Positions 7,463 to 19,100 of a stretch of 64,000 nt of DNA are shown here, piece after piece. The notes under the pieces were generated by a model. That model searched no databases. It was not told where the DNA came from and saw nothing but the letters and a program-made list of their open reading frames with translations. This DNA is from a virus: positions 32,001-96,000 of the IMG/VR virus record IMGVR_UViG_3300021962_000036, one strand, 5' to 3'. The position numbers and the translations under genes are program-made. Position 1 is the first letter of the stretch, and each line of letters starts with the position of its first letter.

Positions 7463-10400
7463 TGAGCGAAAATTTTACAAATACAAGTGCTGCCAAAACT
7501 AATGCCTTCAACAAAGGTATGGTTAAAGACTATACTGATATTTACATTTCAGAAGGTCTTTGGACTAATGCAGTAAATGCTATAAACAATGCTCACTATG
7601 GTGAGACAGGCTCTATTGGCAATGAGCCATCTAATAAGTTTTGTGCAAACGCAACTTATGATGTTATTGGTATTTCTCACAAAACTAAAACTTCTTGGGT
7701 TGTATTTTCTACAGATGATGTTTCTTCTGAGATTGGTATTTTTGATGAAAGAGATTGCTCATATACAGTAATTGTAAATGATCCATGCCTTGGTTTTAAG
7801 AAAACAAACTTGATCACAGCAGTTACAAAAGAAAACTATGACTGCACACATTCAACATATTTTCAGGATAACTTAAATCCTGATAGAGTTTTAAACTTAG
7901 ACAGAGTTCCTTATAAAACAACAGGAAACAACTTGTCTCAGGATCCAGATTGTTTTATTCCTGAATACACAACTGACTTAGATTGTGATGCACTAAGATT
8001 ACATCCTCTTGTAACACAACCATGTGTAAATGTAAAAAAAGCACAAGGAGCTGGCCAATTAAATAATGGTAGTTATATGGCAGTTGTAGCTTATTCTGAA
8101 AACGGAATAAGACTTACAGATTACTCACTACCTAGTCAACCACAAGCATTGTGGGATCATACTGGAATTGGTGGATCTTTGGATATTACTATTGACAATC
8201 TAGACAAAGACTATGATGAGTATGAACTTGTTGTTATTGCTGTAATTAATCAACAAACTATAGCAAAAAAGGTTGGTTATTATTCAACTAGGCAAACATC
8301 AGTACATCTTGACTTGTACAATCAAAGTTTAGAAACTGTTGAACTTGCAGTAATACCTTTAAAATCAATAGTTTATGAAAAGAGTGAAAAAATGCACTCT
8401 GTAAATAACTATCTTATCAGAACAGGAGTTACTACACAACCATACTTTAATTATCAAAAACAAGCAAATGATATAAAAGTGCAGTGGGTTGCTGCACAAT
8501 ATCCTACAGATTATTACCATAATGGAGGTAATGTTACAGGATACATGCGTGATGAGGTGTATGCCTTTTTCATTAGATGGGTTTATAAAACAGGAGCAAG
8601 AAGTGCTTCTTTTCATATTCCTGGTAGGTTGTCTACAGGAGTTGACACAAACCCTGTATCAACACCTGACGTTATTTATCCTACAGAAACTAAAGTGTGG
8701 CAAGTATATGATACTGCAACAAAATATTTAGCATCTGGTACTACCAAAGATGGTGGTGTTATCATTGCTAAAGGAGACATGGCATACTGGGAATCAACAG
8801 AAAAATATCCTGATGACAAACCAGATGTTTGGGGTACACTATGTGGTAAACCAATTAGACATCACAAAATGCCTTCAAATGAAACTATACATATCCATAG
8901 TCAAGGAGGAGATTATATTTATAATTTAGGTGTTGAGTTTTCAAATATTCAACATCCTGTAGATGAGACACTTACTCCAATTAAAGATATTGTAGGATAT
9001 GAGATATTAAGAGGATCTAGAGAAGGAAACAGAACTATTGTTGCGAAAGGTTTATTTAACAACATGTTTGAGTTTAATATTCAAGGAAGTACTGGAAGAA
9101 AAGGTTTGTTCCAGAATTATCCTTACAATGATATTAGACCAGATAACTTCTTAACAAACGATTTTTCAGTTCTTGATTCTGGTAGAGGAAGTCAATCTGG
9201 TGTTGAGTCAGCATCTAAACTTGACACTCACAAAAGAAACTATTTATCTTTTCATGCTGTAGAAACAAATTTTGTTAAACCATATATTGGTTCTAACTAC
9301 GTAAAAGTATATACAGAAGAAAGAGGAACTGTAACAGGTAAGTATGAGTTTCCACATAAACATCCTAAACATGTAATTTTAACTGATGGTGCGTTTGTAA
9401 CAGCAGGTATTGTTGGTTTAGGAATTGCACTTGTACAAGCTGTTGGTAAAACAACATTGACATCAGAAGTTGCTCCATGGGCTTTAGCTTTAGGTACTGG
9501 ATTTTATTATGGTGGAACACAAGTAAGTAAAGAATCAGCACCAGCATCTATTATTGGTGATTTAACAACATATGGTATTACATCAGGTCTTTCAGGATTT
9601 GGTGCAGGAAATGCCGCAGCTGCTATTGCATCTGTTGCAGTAATGATTGTTAGTGGTACTTATTATTGGGGACAAGCTACTGATCAAGTTTTGGATATAT
9701 TTAGAAAACTTGGTAAGGATAGACAATACATGCTTCAATACAATAGTCATGGATTCTATCATTCATATTCAGGCGTATCTAACTCTGCAGTACCTTCAGG
9801 ATTACCAAAAGCATTTAGAAGAAAGATTGCTGATTCAGGAGCAAAATATATTGGTTCTGGGATTCATGATTTAGATGCTACATATAGAATTAACAATCTT
9901 AATAGAAACAAATATGTAGCTATTAAATTAACTTCTGATTTACCAGATGTATCATCAACAATAGATAATACAAAACATAGAATTCAAGATGGTGGAATAG
10001 ATCGTTCTAATCCTACAAAAGAATCAATTAGTACAACAACAGTTGCATATTATGGTGCATTAAAAGTAGATTTTGAAAATCAGTATGGTCAATTAACATC
10101 AGTTGTTCAATTACCTACAGATTCTTGCATATACGCAACTGAACCACAACTTACAACTCTTTATACTACATCAACAATATTTGGTGGAGACATCTATATT
10201 AATAGATACACTGAAAAGAATCCATACATGTTCTTTAACACATGGATGTATGATATGCCAACTGGTACAGAATATGATTACAAAAATTATGTAAATGGTC
10301 CTGTTCCAAGATATTGGATAAACTTTGATAAATTTGATGTCACAGATTTTGATGTTAATATAAGTTTGTCAAATGGTGTAAGTTTTACAACGCCTAGTGA

Positions 10401-13077
10401 CTTCCATAGAATGGATAGAGCAGGTAGTACTGGTACATGGACTTTGAGAAACTGCTTTGCATATCTTTTCCATAACGGTATTAGAGACTTTTATACAGAA
10501 TCTGAACTTAACATGGCGTTTAGAGACTATGGTGAAGAAGATTTTCAAAAGTTCTATGATGTATATGGTAACTCATTTAATGATGAGGCTACTATGTTTA
10601 GATCAGATTTGATAACTAAACCAATATATAACAAATATGACTTATCACTTAGCACATCCAAGTTGTTTAACAACTTCGCGACATGGGGACAAATTCTCCC
10701 TAGGGACTATGACCCAGCCATATACAACACATGCTTTGAGTACTACCCTAAACGTGGAGTGTACTCTCTCCAACAGCAGTCAGGTCTTAAACGCGATAAC
10801 TGGAGAAACTTCTTACCTCTTAACTATAAAGATTTTGGAGGAAAAATCAACACAATAAAGTCACTGAATGGAACAGGTGCTATAATACTTTTTGAAGATG
10901 CTGAACCTACACAATTTGTAGGTGTTGATCAATTGCAGACTAAAGGTGGTGTAAAAATCACAATTGGTGATGGAGGATTGTTTCAACAAAACATGCAAAG
11001 TCTTGTAAATGCAGATGATGCGTTGGAGTATGGAGCATGCATTTCTTCAAGATCTGCAGTAAATACACCACATGGTTTATTTTATGCTTCTCAGAAGTCA
11101 GGTAAAATTATGCATTATTCTGGTGGCATTGATGAGATATCAAGAAATGGATTGAAGTTTTGGTTTGCTGAAAATTTACCTTCAGAACTATTACGTCAAT
11201 ATCCAGACTATCCATTATATGATAATCCAGTAGCAGGTATTGGAGTACAAGCAATTTATGATCCTCAATATGAATTAGTATACTTTACAAAGAAAGACTA
11301 TATTCCTTTGAGATCAGATTTACACTTTGATGACCCTTCTGGTGTACCATATTATATTTGTGGAACTACTGGTGATATTGACATACCATCTGAAATAGTC
11401 TCAACAAGTATGTTGGAAACTCCAACAACACTTGCTGAAGATCCAGATGCACCATGTAAAGCACCATTAGATTTAGTTTTTGTTATTGACATTACAGGAA
11501 GTATGGGAACTGTTTTAAATAACATTAAAACAAGTGTTGCTAATATTGCTACTGATGCTGTGACAAAATCAAATAATGATTATAGATTTGGATTAATAAC
11601 TGTGAATCAATCTGGTAGTGTTCTTAACGTTGTAAGAGAAGTAATGTCTGCAAATAATGTTGCAACATTTAACACTGCATTACAAGTTGTTACATTGGGA
11701 AGTGGTGGCGGTGAACCAGAACCTACAGACATAGGTGTTAAGATGGTATTAGATGGACAAGCAGGAGTTTTCAGATCAAATGCTATCAAAATGATTATTA
11801 TGGTTACAGATGCTAGACCATCTGGTACTGATGATGCTTATGTTGTAGGTGTTGATGATGTAAATGTTCAAAATGTTTCAAATCAAGCATTAGCTCAGGA
11901 TGTTTTAATATTCCCTATTGCAACAGGTTATGGAGTTAGTGGTCAATATGCATCTACTATTTTACCATTGCATGACATTTATGCAAATACTACAGGAGGT
12001 GTTGCAAGTCAATCACTTACTGGAATTGTAGCAGATATAATTGGTGATTCTATTTTAAATGTACCATGTCCAGAAGTACCATTAGAATGTACTTTTGAAT
12101 CTAATCCATATACTATAAATTTAGGACAATCAATAACGTTGACATGGTCTGTACTTGGTACACCAGAATCTGTAGTATTAATGCCAAATAATGTTGTGGT
12201 AAACGCAACAGGTTCATTGACAGTATCACCAGTTGTAAACACTATTTATCAATTGATAAGTACTAAAGGTGATGTAACAAATATTTGTGAATTAGAAGTT
12301 ATTGTAGTTCAACCAGAAATAATTCAGTGTCCATGCGCATATGATGATCCTAAATGTTTTACTCCATGTGGTTGGACAATCAGTTATGATCCAAAGCAAA
12401 AATTATGGATAAGTTTTCATGATTGGAAACCTAGTTTATTAATGCCTTCACATGAGCACTTCTTTACAATTAAAGGCAGAGGATTTTGGAAACACAATGA
12501 TAGATGGGATAGTTTTGCAAATTACTATGGAGTAGATTATCCATGGGAAGTAGAATATCCTGTGACAACACCTAATAGCGTAACAACTCTTAGAAGTATA
12601 GAATATACACTAGATGTATATAAGTTCTTCAATGATGGTAAAGATTTCAATCATGTACTTGATGAAAACTTTGACAGAGCTATTATACATAACTCAGAGC
12701 AAATGTCTGGTTTGTTGAAACTTAAAATTAAAGGTAAAAACAATCCTTTAGAATTGGTCAATTACCCACAAGCAACAGCTAATGGTATTGACATACTATT
12801 CTCTAAAGAAGAAAACAAATTTAGATTTAATCAATTTTGGGATATTACAAAAGATAGAGGTGAGTTTACAGGTAATGATACACCAATGTGGATTACAAAA
12901 TGTTCAGGTTATGAAAGATCAATTAATCCTAATTATGTAAACTACTTTAAGACACCAACTGAACATAAAAAATTCAGACACTATGGAAACAAAGTGATCT
13001 TACGCAAAAATGTAAGTGGTGACAAGAAAATGATTTTAAAACTAACAAATTCAAAACATCTTAATAGTTCAAGATAA
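7462..13077 (+). CDS. Tail stabilization / muzzle protein with VWA and Ig-like insertion
   Basis: N-terminal FNKGMVKD..W..AVNA, GYMRDEVYAF, IRHHKMP, FGGDIYI, WTISY..WISFHDW motifs typical of crAss-like muzzles; DLVFVIDITGSM MIDAS at about 11470. Confidence 0.75.
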   Translation: MSENFTNTSAAKTNAFNKGMVKDYTDIYISEGLWTNAVNAINNAHYGETGSIGNEPSNKFCANATYDVIGISHKTKTSWVVFSTDDVSSEIGIFDERDCSYTVIVNDPCLGFKKTNLITAVTKENYDCTHSTYFQDNLNPDRVLNLDRVPYKTTGNNLSQDPDCFIPEYTTDLDCDALRLHPLVTQPCVNVKKAQGAGQLNNGSYMAVVAYSENGIRLTDYSLPSQPQALWDHTGIGGSLDITIDNLDKDYDEYELVVIAVINQQTIAKKVGYYSTRQTSVHLDLYNQSLETVELAVIPLKSIVYEKSEKMHSVNNYLIRTGVTTQPYFNYQKQANDIKVQWVAAQYPTDYYHNGGNVTGYMRDEVYAFFIRWVYKTGARSASFHIPGRLSTGVDTNPVSTPDVIYPTETKVWQVYDTATKYLASGTTKDGGVIIAKGDMAYWESTEKYPDDKPDVWGTLCGKPIRHHKMPSNETIHIHSQGGDYIYNLGVEFSNIQHPVDETLTPIKDIVGYEILRGSREGNRTIVAKGLFNNMFEFNIQGSTGRKGLFQNYPYNDIRPDNFLTNDFSVLDSGRGSQSGVESASKLDTHKRNYLSFHAVETNFVKPYIGSNYVKVYTEERGTVTGKYEFPHKHPKHVILTDGAFVTAGIVGLGIALVQAVGKTTLTSEVAPWALALGTGFYYGGTQVSKESAPASIIGDLTTYGITSGLSGFGAGNAAAAIASVAVMIVSGTYYWGQATDQVLDIFRKLGKDRQYMLQYNSHGFYHSYSGVSNSAVPSGLPKAFRRKIADSGAKYIGSGIHDLDATYRINNLNRNKYVAIKLTSDLPDVSSTIDNTKHRIQDGGIDRSNPTKESISTTTVAYYGALKVDFENQYGQLTSVVQLPTDSCIYATEPQLTTLYTTSTIFGGDIYINRYTEKNPYMFFNTWMYDMPTGTEYDYKNYVNGPVPRYWINFDKFDVTDFDVNISLSNGVSFTTPSDFHRMDRAGSTGTWTLRNCFAYLFHNGIRDFYTESELNMAFRDYGEEDFQKFYDVYGNSFNDEATMFRSDLITKPIYNKYDLSLSTSKLFNNFATWGQILPRDYDPAIYNTCFEYYPKRGVYSLQQQSGLKRDNWRNFLPLNYKDFGGKINTIKSLNGTGAIILFEDAEPTQFVGVDQLQTKGGVKITIGDGGLFQQNMQSLVNADDALEYGACISSRSAVNTPHGLFYASQKSGKIMHYSGGIDEISRNGLKFWFAENLPSELLRQYPDYPLYDNPVAGIGVQAIYDPQYELVYFTKKDYIPLRSDLHFDDPSGVPYYICGTTGDIDIPSEIVSTSMLETPTTLAEDPDAPCKAPLDLVFVIDITGSMGTVLNNIKTSVANIATDAVTKSNNDYRFGLITVNQSGSVLNVVREVMSANNVATFNTALQVVTLGSGGGEPEPTDIGVKMVLDGQAGVFRSNAIKMIIMVTDARPSGTDDAYVVGVDDVNVQNVSNQALAQDVLIFPIATGYGVSGQYASTILPLHDIYANTTGGVASQSLTGIVADIIGDSILNVPCPEVPLECTFESNPYTINLGQSITLTWSVLGTPESVVLMPNNVVVNATGSLTVSPVVNTIYQLISTKGDVTNICELEVIVVQPEIIQCPCAYDDPKCFTPCGWTISYDPKQKLWISFHDWKPSLLMPSHEHFFTIKGRGFWKHNDRWDSFANYYGVDYPWEVEYPVTTPNSVTTLRSIEYTLDVYKFFNDGKDFNHVLDENFDRAIIHNSEQMSGLLKLKIKGKNNPLELVNYPQATANGIDILFSKEENKFRFNQFWDITKDRGEFTGNDTPMWITKCSGYERSINPNYVNYFKTPTEHKKFRHYGNKVILRKNVSGDKKMILKLTNSKHLNSSR

Positions 13078-16000
13078 TGAAGGATACAAATAATGTATTG
13101 ATGAAATTTATTAGCACACAGGGTTACAAAAATAGTAGCCCTGATGTTAACAATCCTATTAATGTAATTCCTTCAAATAGAATTACAATGAAGGATGTAG
13201 ATTTTCCAGTACAAGGAATTGATAATTTAGGCAACTCACAATTAATGATGCCAGGTGGTGAATATCTATTTGGTGGCGATTATGTTATTGAAACACCAAT
13301 GAAAAAACAAGGTGGTGAAAAAGATGCAGATATTAAATGTGGCAATTGTGGTTGGTCTTGGAAAGTTTCTAATGGAGGATCAGATCCTTACACATGTCAT
13401 AAATGTGGAGCTGAAAATGCAGAGGTTCAAATGAAAAATGGTGGCCAACATGGTGGTTTAGATAGATGGTTTGCTGAGAAATGGGTTGATGTCAAAACTG
13501 GCAAACCATGTGGTAGACAGAAAGGTGAAAAGCGTGATGGTTATCCTGCATGTAGACCTTCTAAAAGAATTAGTAGTGAAACACCAAAAACAGCTTCTGA
13601 ACTTAGTCAGTCTGAAAAAGATAAATTTAAAAGATCAAAAACATCAAGCAAACGCATTGATTACAATCACAAAAAAAATGAGTTTGGTGGACAAAACATA
13701 TTTGAAAAAAACTTTACAATGGAAGATTATAACAAATTAGAAATGATGGCAAAAGGAGGCAACGTTCCTACTAATCCTGCTTTATGGTCAAGAGCTAAGG
13801 CAGCAGCAAAAGCTAAGTATGACGTTTATCCATCAGCATACGCAAATGGTTTTGCATCAAAATGGTATAAGTCAAAAGGTGGTGGTTGGAGAAAAGCTGA
13901 ATTTGGTATGGAAGTAATGGGTGATGGCGGCACACCAAACAATGCTGGATTTAATGCTTTACCTGATTATGTTCAACAAAAAATAATGAACAATATGGCA
14001 GAAGGTGGTGAAAAAATGCCAGCTGATATTGCACGCGCACGTTTTGCTGCAGCAGGTAATCTTGATCAAATGGATGAATATGGATACGCCTTTGGAGGTT
14101 TCGTACCTGAAATGATGTATGGGGGTGATTATGAAATGAAGAATGGAGGATGTATGGAATGTGGCGGTCAAATGCAAGAAGGAGGAGAACAACCTCAACA
14201 AGAACAAGGATCAAACATTAATGATGCATTAGGTGAAATATCAATGATGTTGGAAAATGGAACAAATCCTAATGACATTTTACAAATGTTAATTGAGCAA
14301 GGTGTTTCAGAAGAGCAAGGTATGGAGATTATTCAGTCAGCTCAAAATGACGTTGTAGAATCTGATTTAGAAGAAGAAGATGTGCCAGTAGATACAGAAG
14401 ATATTGAAGATGATTCTGAAGAATTGTTATCATCTGATGATGAGATGAAGTATGGTGGTATTAAACTTGACCCTAAAAAGAAAGGAACATTTAAAGCACA
14501 AGCTACTAAGATGGGCATGTCTGTACAAGAAGCAGCAGAACACATTTTAGATAATAAAGAAGAATATTCACCAGAGATGGTAAAAAAAGCTAACTTTGCT
14601 AGGAACTTTGCTAAAGAACTTGGAGGACAAATGTATGAAATGGCATCAGGTGGAACAGTTCCTGATCGTTATAAGAATATGGGTTTCTCAAAGGTGGGTG
14701 TTAAAAAACAATCTACGCGTCCTGGAAAAAAATGGATGGTGCTTGCAAAAAAAGGTGATCAATATAAAGTAGTACATGGTGGATGGAAAGGAATGAAAGA
14801 CTTTACACAACATGGTTCTGAAAAACGCAAAGATAGATTTTGGGATAGAATGGGTGGTAGAGATTCTGCAAAAGCAAAAGATCCTTTTTCACCTTTGTAT
14901 TGGCATAAGCGTTTTGGTACTTGGCAAGATGGTGGAGAATCTACTTCAATGTATGACTATGAAAACTATAAAGTTGGAGATCAAAGAACAAACAAGACTG
15001 AATCAAATACAATAAGTTCATTAGAAAATAATGCTTGGAATAGAGGATTAGCTACAGCTAATACATTAGGAGATCCTAGATCAATGATTTGGGCACTACC
15101 TAATAAGGGAATACTTGGAACAGTAAAAGGCATTGCTGGTGCAGCTGCTGGTTTATCTGGTGCTATTTTAGGATATGAAAAATTGTTTAGTAAACCAAAG
15201 ACAACTGAGTATGTTGTAAACAATGATACAAAAGAATCTGGAAAATTATCTGACGTACTTGCAAAAAGAAAAGAAGATCAAGATAAGCTAATGAAACAAT
15301 ACTCTCAACCTAGCATGTACCAAGAAGCTCCTAAAGATGAAATGAATAGAAAACAAAATATGTTACCAGCTGACCCAATGATGCAACCATGGATGAATGA
15401 TGGTACAATACCAAATAATCCTAATGTTGGAATGATGGCTAAGTACGGTGGTGCAATGCAAGAATATCAAGTTGGCGGTCAAAGCAAACCTTTAACATAT
15501 GATGAGTGGCTTGCTGAAAATAATAGAGGTTTAATGGGTGAAGAAGGTAGAGATATGAATGATTATCAACAATACCTTTCATCATTTCAACCTGCTGTAG
15601 CAACAAGTGTTGGAGGTACTGAAGTAGCTCAAACTCCTGGTGGTGCTGCACAACCTACTGACAAATCAGATGTGGCAAAACAATCAACTCAAACTTTTAA
15701 AGGTGATAACGTTGGTGTTATTGCAGCAAACAATGCACTTGCTGGATTAGGAATGGTTAATGAAGTACTTGGTGCAGGTGATTATGAAAAAGAATATAAT
15801 CAACGTTTGAGAGAAATGGGTAATACTATGAATAGATATAATCCTCAGAACGCTGTCAATCCATTTGGTAACTATACATTGAACGCAGGTCCTGCATCAA
15901 ATTTTGCACTTGTTGCAAATACACCAATACAAGACTTTGGTACTAAAATGTCATCAGCTAAATATGGAGGATTAATTCCTTTTATTCCTGCCACAAGACA

Positions 16001-16088
16001 ATATGAAGAAGGCGGTGAGTTTTATGCTGATGAAGATGAGATCAAACGCATTCTTGCAATGGGTGGAGAGATAGAATATCTTGACTAA
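13077..16088 (+). CDS. Modular virion cargo protein / putative polyprotein punctuated by xxxGG motifs
   Basis: About 20 motifs such as MKNGG, MAKGG, MAEGG, MKYGG, AKYGG, YEEGG separate a Zn ribbon, basic modules and acidic spacers. Confidence 0.7.
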   Translation: MKDTNNVLMKFISTQGYKNSSPDVNNPINVIPSNRITMKDVDFPVQGIDNLGNSQLMMPGGEYLFGGDYVIETPMKKQGGEKDADIKCGNCGWSWKVSNGGSDPYTCHKCGAENAEVQMKNGGQHGGLDRWFAEKWVDVKTGKPCGRQKGEKRDGYPACRPSKRISSETPKTASELSQSEKDKFKRSKTSSKRIDYNHKKNEFGGQNIFEKNFTMEDYNKLEMMAKGGNVPTNPALWSRAKAAAKAKYDVYPSAYANGFASKWYKSKGGGWRKAEFGMEVMGDGGTPNNAGFNALPDYVQQKIMNNMAEGGEKMPADIARARFAAAGNLDQMDEYGYAFGGFVPEMMYGGDYEMKNGGCMECGGQMQEGGEQPQQEQGSNINDALGEISMMLENGTNPNDILQMLIEQGVSEEQGMEIIQSAQNDVVESDLEEEDVPVDTEDIEDDSEELLSSDDEMKYGGIKLDPKKKGTFKAQATKMGMSVQEAAEHILDNKEEYSPEMVKKANFARNFAKELGGQMYEMASGGTVPDRYKNMGFSKVGVKKQSTRPGKKWMVLAKKGDQYKVVHGGWKGMKDFTQHGSEKRKDRFWDRMGGRDSAKAKDPFSPLYWHKRFGTWQDGGESTSMYDYENYKVGDQRTNKTESNTISSLENNAWNRGLATANTLGDPRSMIWALPNKGILGTVKGIAGAAAGLSGAILGYEKLFSKPKTTEYVVNNDTKESGKLSDVLAKRKEDQDKLMKQYSQPSMYQEAPKDEMNRKQNMLPADPMMQPWMNDGTIPNNPNVGMMAKYGGAMQEYQVGGQSKPLTYDEWLAENNRGLMGEEGRDMNDYQQYLSSFQPAVATSVGGTEVAQTPGGAAQPTDKSDVAKQSTQTFKGDNVGVIAANNALAGLGMVNEVLGAGDYEKEYNQRLREMGNTMNRYNPQNAVNPFGNYTLNAGPASNFALVANTPIQDFGTKMSSAKYGGLIPFIPATRQYEEGGEFYADEDEIKRILAMGGEIEYLD

Positions 16089-16135
16089 AAAATGTAGAAA
16101 AAGCCTTCTAAAATTGGAAAAATCAAATTAAATTT

Positions 16136-16153
16136 GTAAATTCTAAATGTAGG
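16136..16153 (+). promoter_or_regulatory. Putative phage promoter motif, copy 2
   Basis: GTAAATTCTAAATGTAGG in the intergenic gap before 16195. Confidence 0.55.
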
Positions 16154-16194
16154 AGGTTTATAATATAATAAAGTTTAAACTTCATAAGTTTATT

Positions 16195-19100
16195 ATGCAA
16201 AAGATTAGAATCAAAAAAGCACCAAAACCTGGAGACCAACAAGACTATAGTTTAGTTGGTAGAAATGTTAGTTTTACTGACACTGGTAAAAGCACAAGTA
16301 ATGTTAAAAATACTATGGGTGCTGTTCCTGAAGAAGAAGCTAACATTGAAGTAGAGGGTGGTGAAACAGTAGTTGGTGATATCAACAAAGATGGTTTCTT
16401 AGAACAATTTACTTTTGTAGGTAAACGTCACTCTAAGGGTGGCATGCCTGTAAATATACCTGAAGGTTCATTTATATTTTCTGACACAAAGAAATTAAAG
16501 ATTAAGGACAAAGAAGTTCTTGAATCTATCTTTGGTTTAAAAGAAAAGAAAGGTGGTTATACTCCTGCAGAAATTGCAAAGAAATATCAAATCAATCAGT
16601 TTGTTCAAGACTTAAAAAGTGAAGATACTGATGCTATTCAAAAACGTTCTTCTGCTGAGATGCTTAAAAAGAATACTCAAAAGTTGGGTATGCTTGCATT
16701 GGTACAAGAATCTATGAAAGGATTTCCTGATGGAATTCCTGCTATTGCAGAATCTGTAATGGCTGGATTAGGTGGAACACAAATACCTGGAATGGAAAAA
16801 GGTGAAAGTGTTCAGGAAGAAGTAATGGAAGGACAGGAAGAAGGAATGAAGTATGGTGGTTCAATGAATAGAAAATTCCAAGATGGAGGTTTTCAATTGA
16901 GTTACACACCTAACATGGTTATATACTTAAATGGTGAACCATTTAAATACAAAACACATGAAGATGCTTTTGGTTGGGGAACTGGTGATATTATTACATT
17001 CCAAGGACCTAATGGTAGAACATATAAGACAAACTCTGAAGACTTAATGGAAAGAGTTGACTCTGGTAAATATGTTGACACAGGATTTGATGGTACAAAA
17101 GCTAAAAGATTTTATGTTGAAAGTAAACCAGGTGGTAGAAATTATTACGCGTCAAACTCAAACACAATTGGTAAAACCACATTAAAGCAAGGGCAGCAAT
17201 TTTATATTGGCAATGAGCAATATGAAGTAGCTAATGCTTATGCTAAAACAACACAGACTGGATATACTGCAGGGTATCAAGGTACAGGTATGGCTAATGC
17301 TGGCTCATCATACAAACAAGATGTTAATACTGTATCTGTTTATAAAATTGATCCAAACACAGGAAAAAGAGTTGGTAATGCTTTTGCTATTGACCCAAGT
17401 AAAATTGAGCAAGGCGTAAGAAATAATACATTTGCTTATGTTAAAGGAACAGCACAAGCTGCTCCAGTATCTGTACCAGTTAATGGTGCATACAATAGCT
17501 ATGACAGTGGTGTTACTGAAAAAACAAAACCTGCAGGACAAGAATATAAGATTGCTGGTAGAGATAAGTATACTTATTACAAAGATGCTAATTCTTCAAC
17601 AGGTTGGACTTATGTAGATACTGATGGTAATAGAGGAAATGTTACAAACAACGAAAGTGTAGCAACCTTGAATAAACAAGTATCAGGCATGCAAACTAAA
17701 GCACCAGCTAAAACAACAAGTACACAACAAACACCTGTTAAATCTGCTCCAAGACCTACAGGCAAACCTAAGACAGCTCAAGAAGCATTAAACTATTTTG
17801 CGTCAGGTGGTTCAGTTTTTGGTTATTATCAAGAAGCAGGTACTGTTACACCTGGTCCTGGTGATCCTCCAAATAATGGTACTTTAAATACTACAGTTGC
17901 TACTAAACAAGATGCACAAGCATCAGGAAACAAACGTGTAGATCCTAATCAAGAAATATTTGCAGGTAACATTACATTAGAAGATGGTACTGTATTAAAA
18001 GCTTATTACAAAGGAAACCAAAAATATTTAAAAGATGCTAGTGGTGCAATTGTAGCACAAGCAACTAGAACAGACGTTCAGAATGAACAATATGGTTCTC
18101 AAAACATTAATCAGATTTTATCTAAAGCTGAGAATGTTAAATATACAAACACAAACTTTGGTACATTTAAAAATCAGCCAAACGTAAAAGGTACTGGTAT
18201 TTATCTTTCTTCAGGAAATGCAGCTGCTAGAACAAGTGGTGATTTATCACCTGAAGAATGGGCTGACTTTCAAGATAGACATGGTGACTGGATTGATAAA
18301 CAATACACAGGAGGATTTGCTCAATACAAAAAAGATTTACAAACTAGTAAAGCAACAGGTGATAAAGCAGCTGCTTGGTTTCAAGATGCTGTAAATGAGA
18401 AATCAATGAAGCAATTTGGTGTACCTTATTTTGCACCATTAGGTTCTAATAAGGAAACCAATCCATATTTTAGAGATTCTAAGTTTGGACAGGTTACATA
18501 CTCTGTACCTAGATTTTTTGATGCTCCTGTTAAAACAGAACCAGGACAAGAAGTTGCATATTTCTGTGTTGAATACACAGATGGTTCTAAAAACGTTGTT
18601 TCTGTTTCTCATAAAACTGGTGAACAACCACTTGCTCCTTCTGGAACAACTATTAAAGCAGTTGGTGCAGCTTCAAAAGATAAAGGAGTTGTTGATGGTC
18701 AATGTATTGGCGTTCCAGGAAAAACTTTTGAGAAAAAACCTAAGAAAGAAGGACCATGGTGGTTACAAGACATTGTCAACTTTGTAGGAACTGCAACAGA
18801 TCAAGTTAATCGTTATGAACCTACACAAGGTAAGATTGACTTAGTTACACCAGGTTATGACTTATTAGACCCTACAAGAAAGCTTGCTGCTAATCAAGAG
18901 CAAATGGCAAGATACCAAAATCAAGTACAAAATACTGCTGATGGTAACGTAGGATTAGCAACAACTCTTGGTGCATCTGGTGAAGGATTTGCTAATGCAG
19001 CAAATGTATTAGATACAACAGAAGCTGCAAATATTGGAATTGTTAATCAAGCATATAATACAAATGCTCAAATTCAAAACCAAGAAATACTTGGTAATGA

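Noticed and set aside
10637-10858. 73-aa overlapping +1-frame ORF coinciding with the GC3 patch
   Set aside because: The codon shift seen does not specifically remove stops in that frame, and similar shadow ORFs occur throughout.
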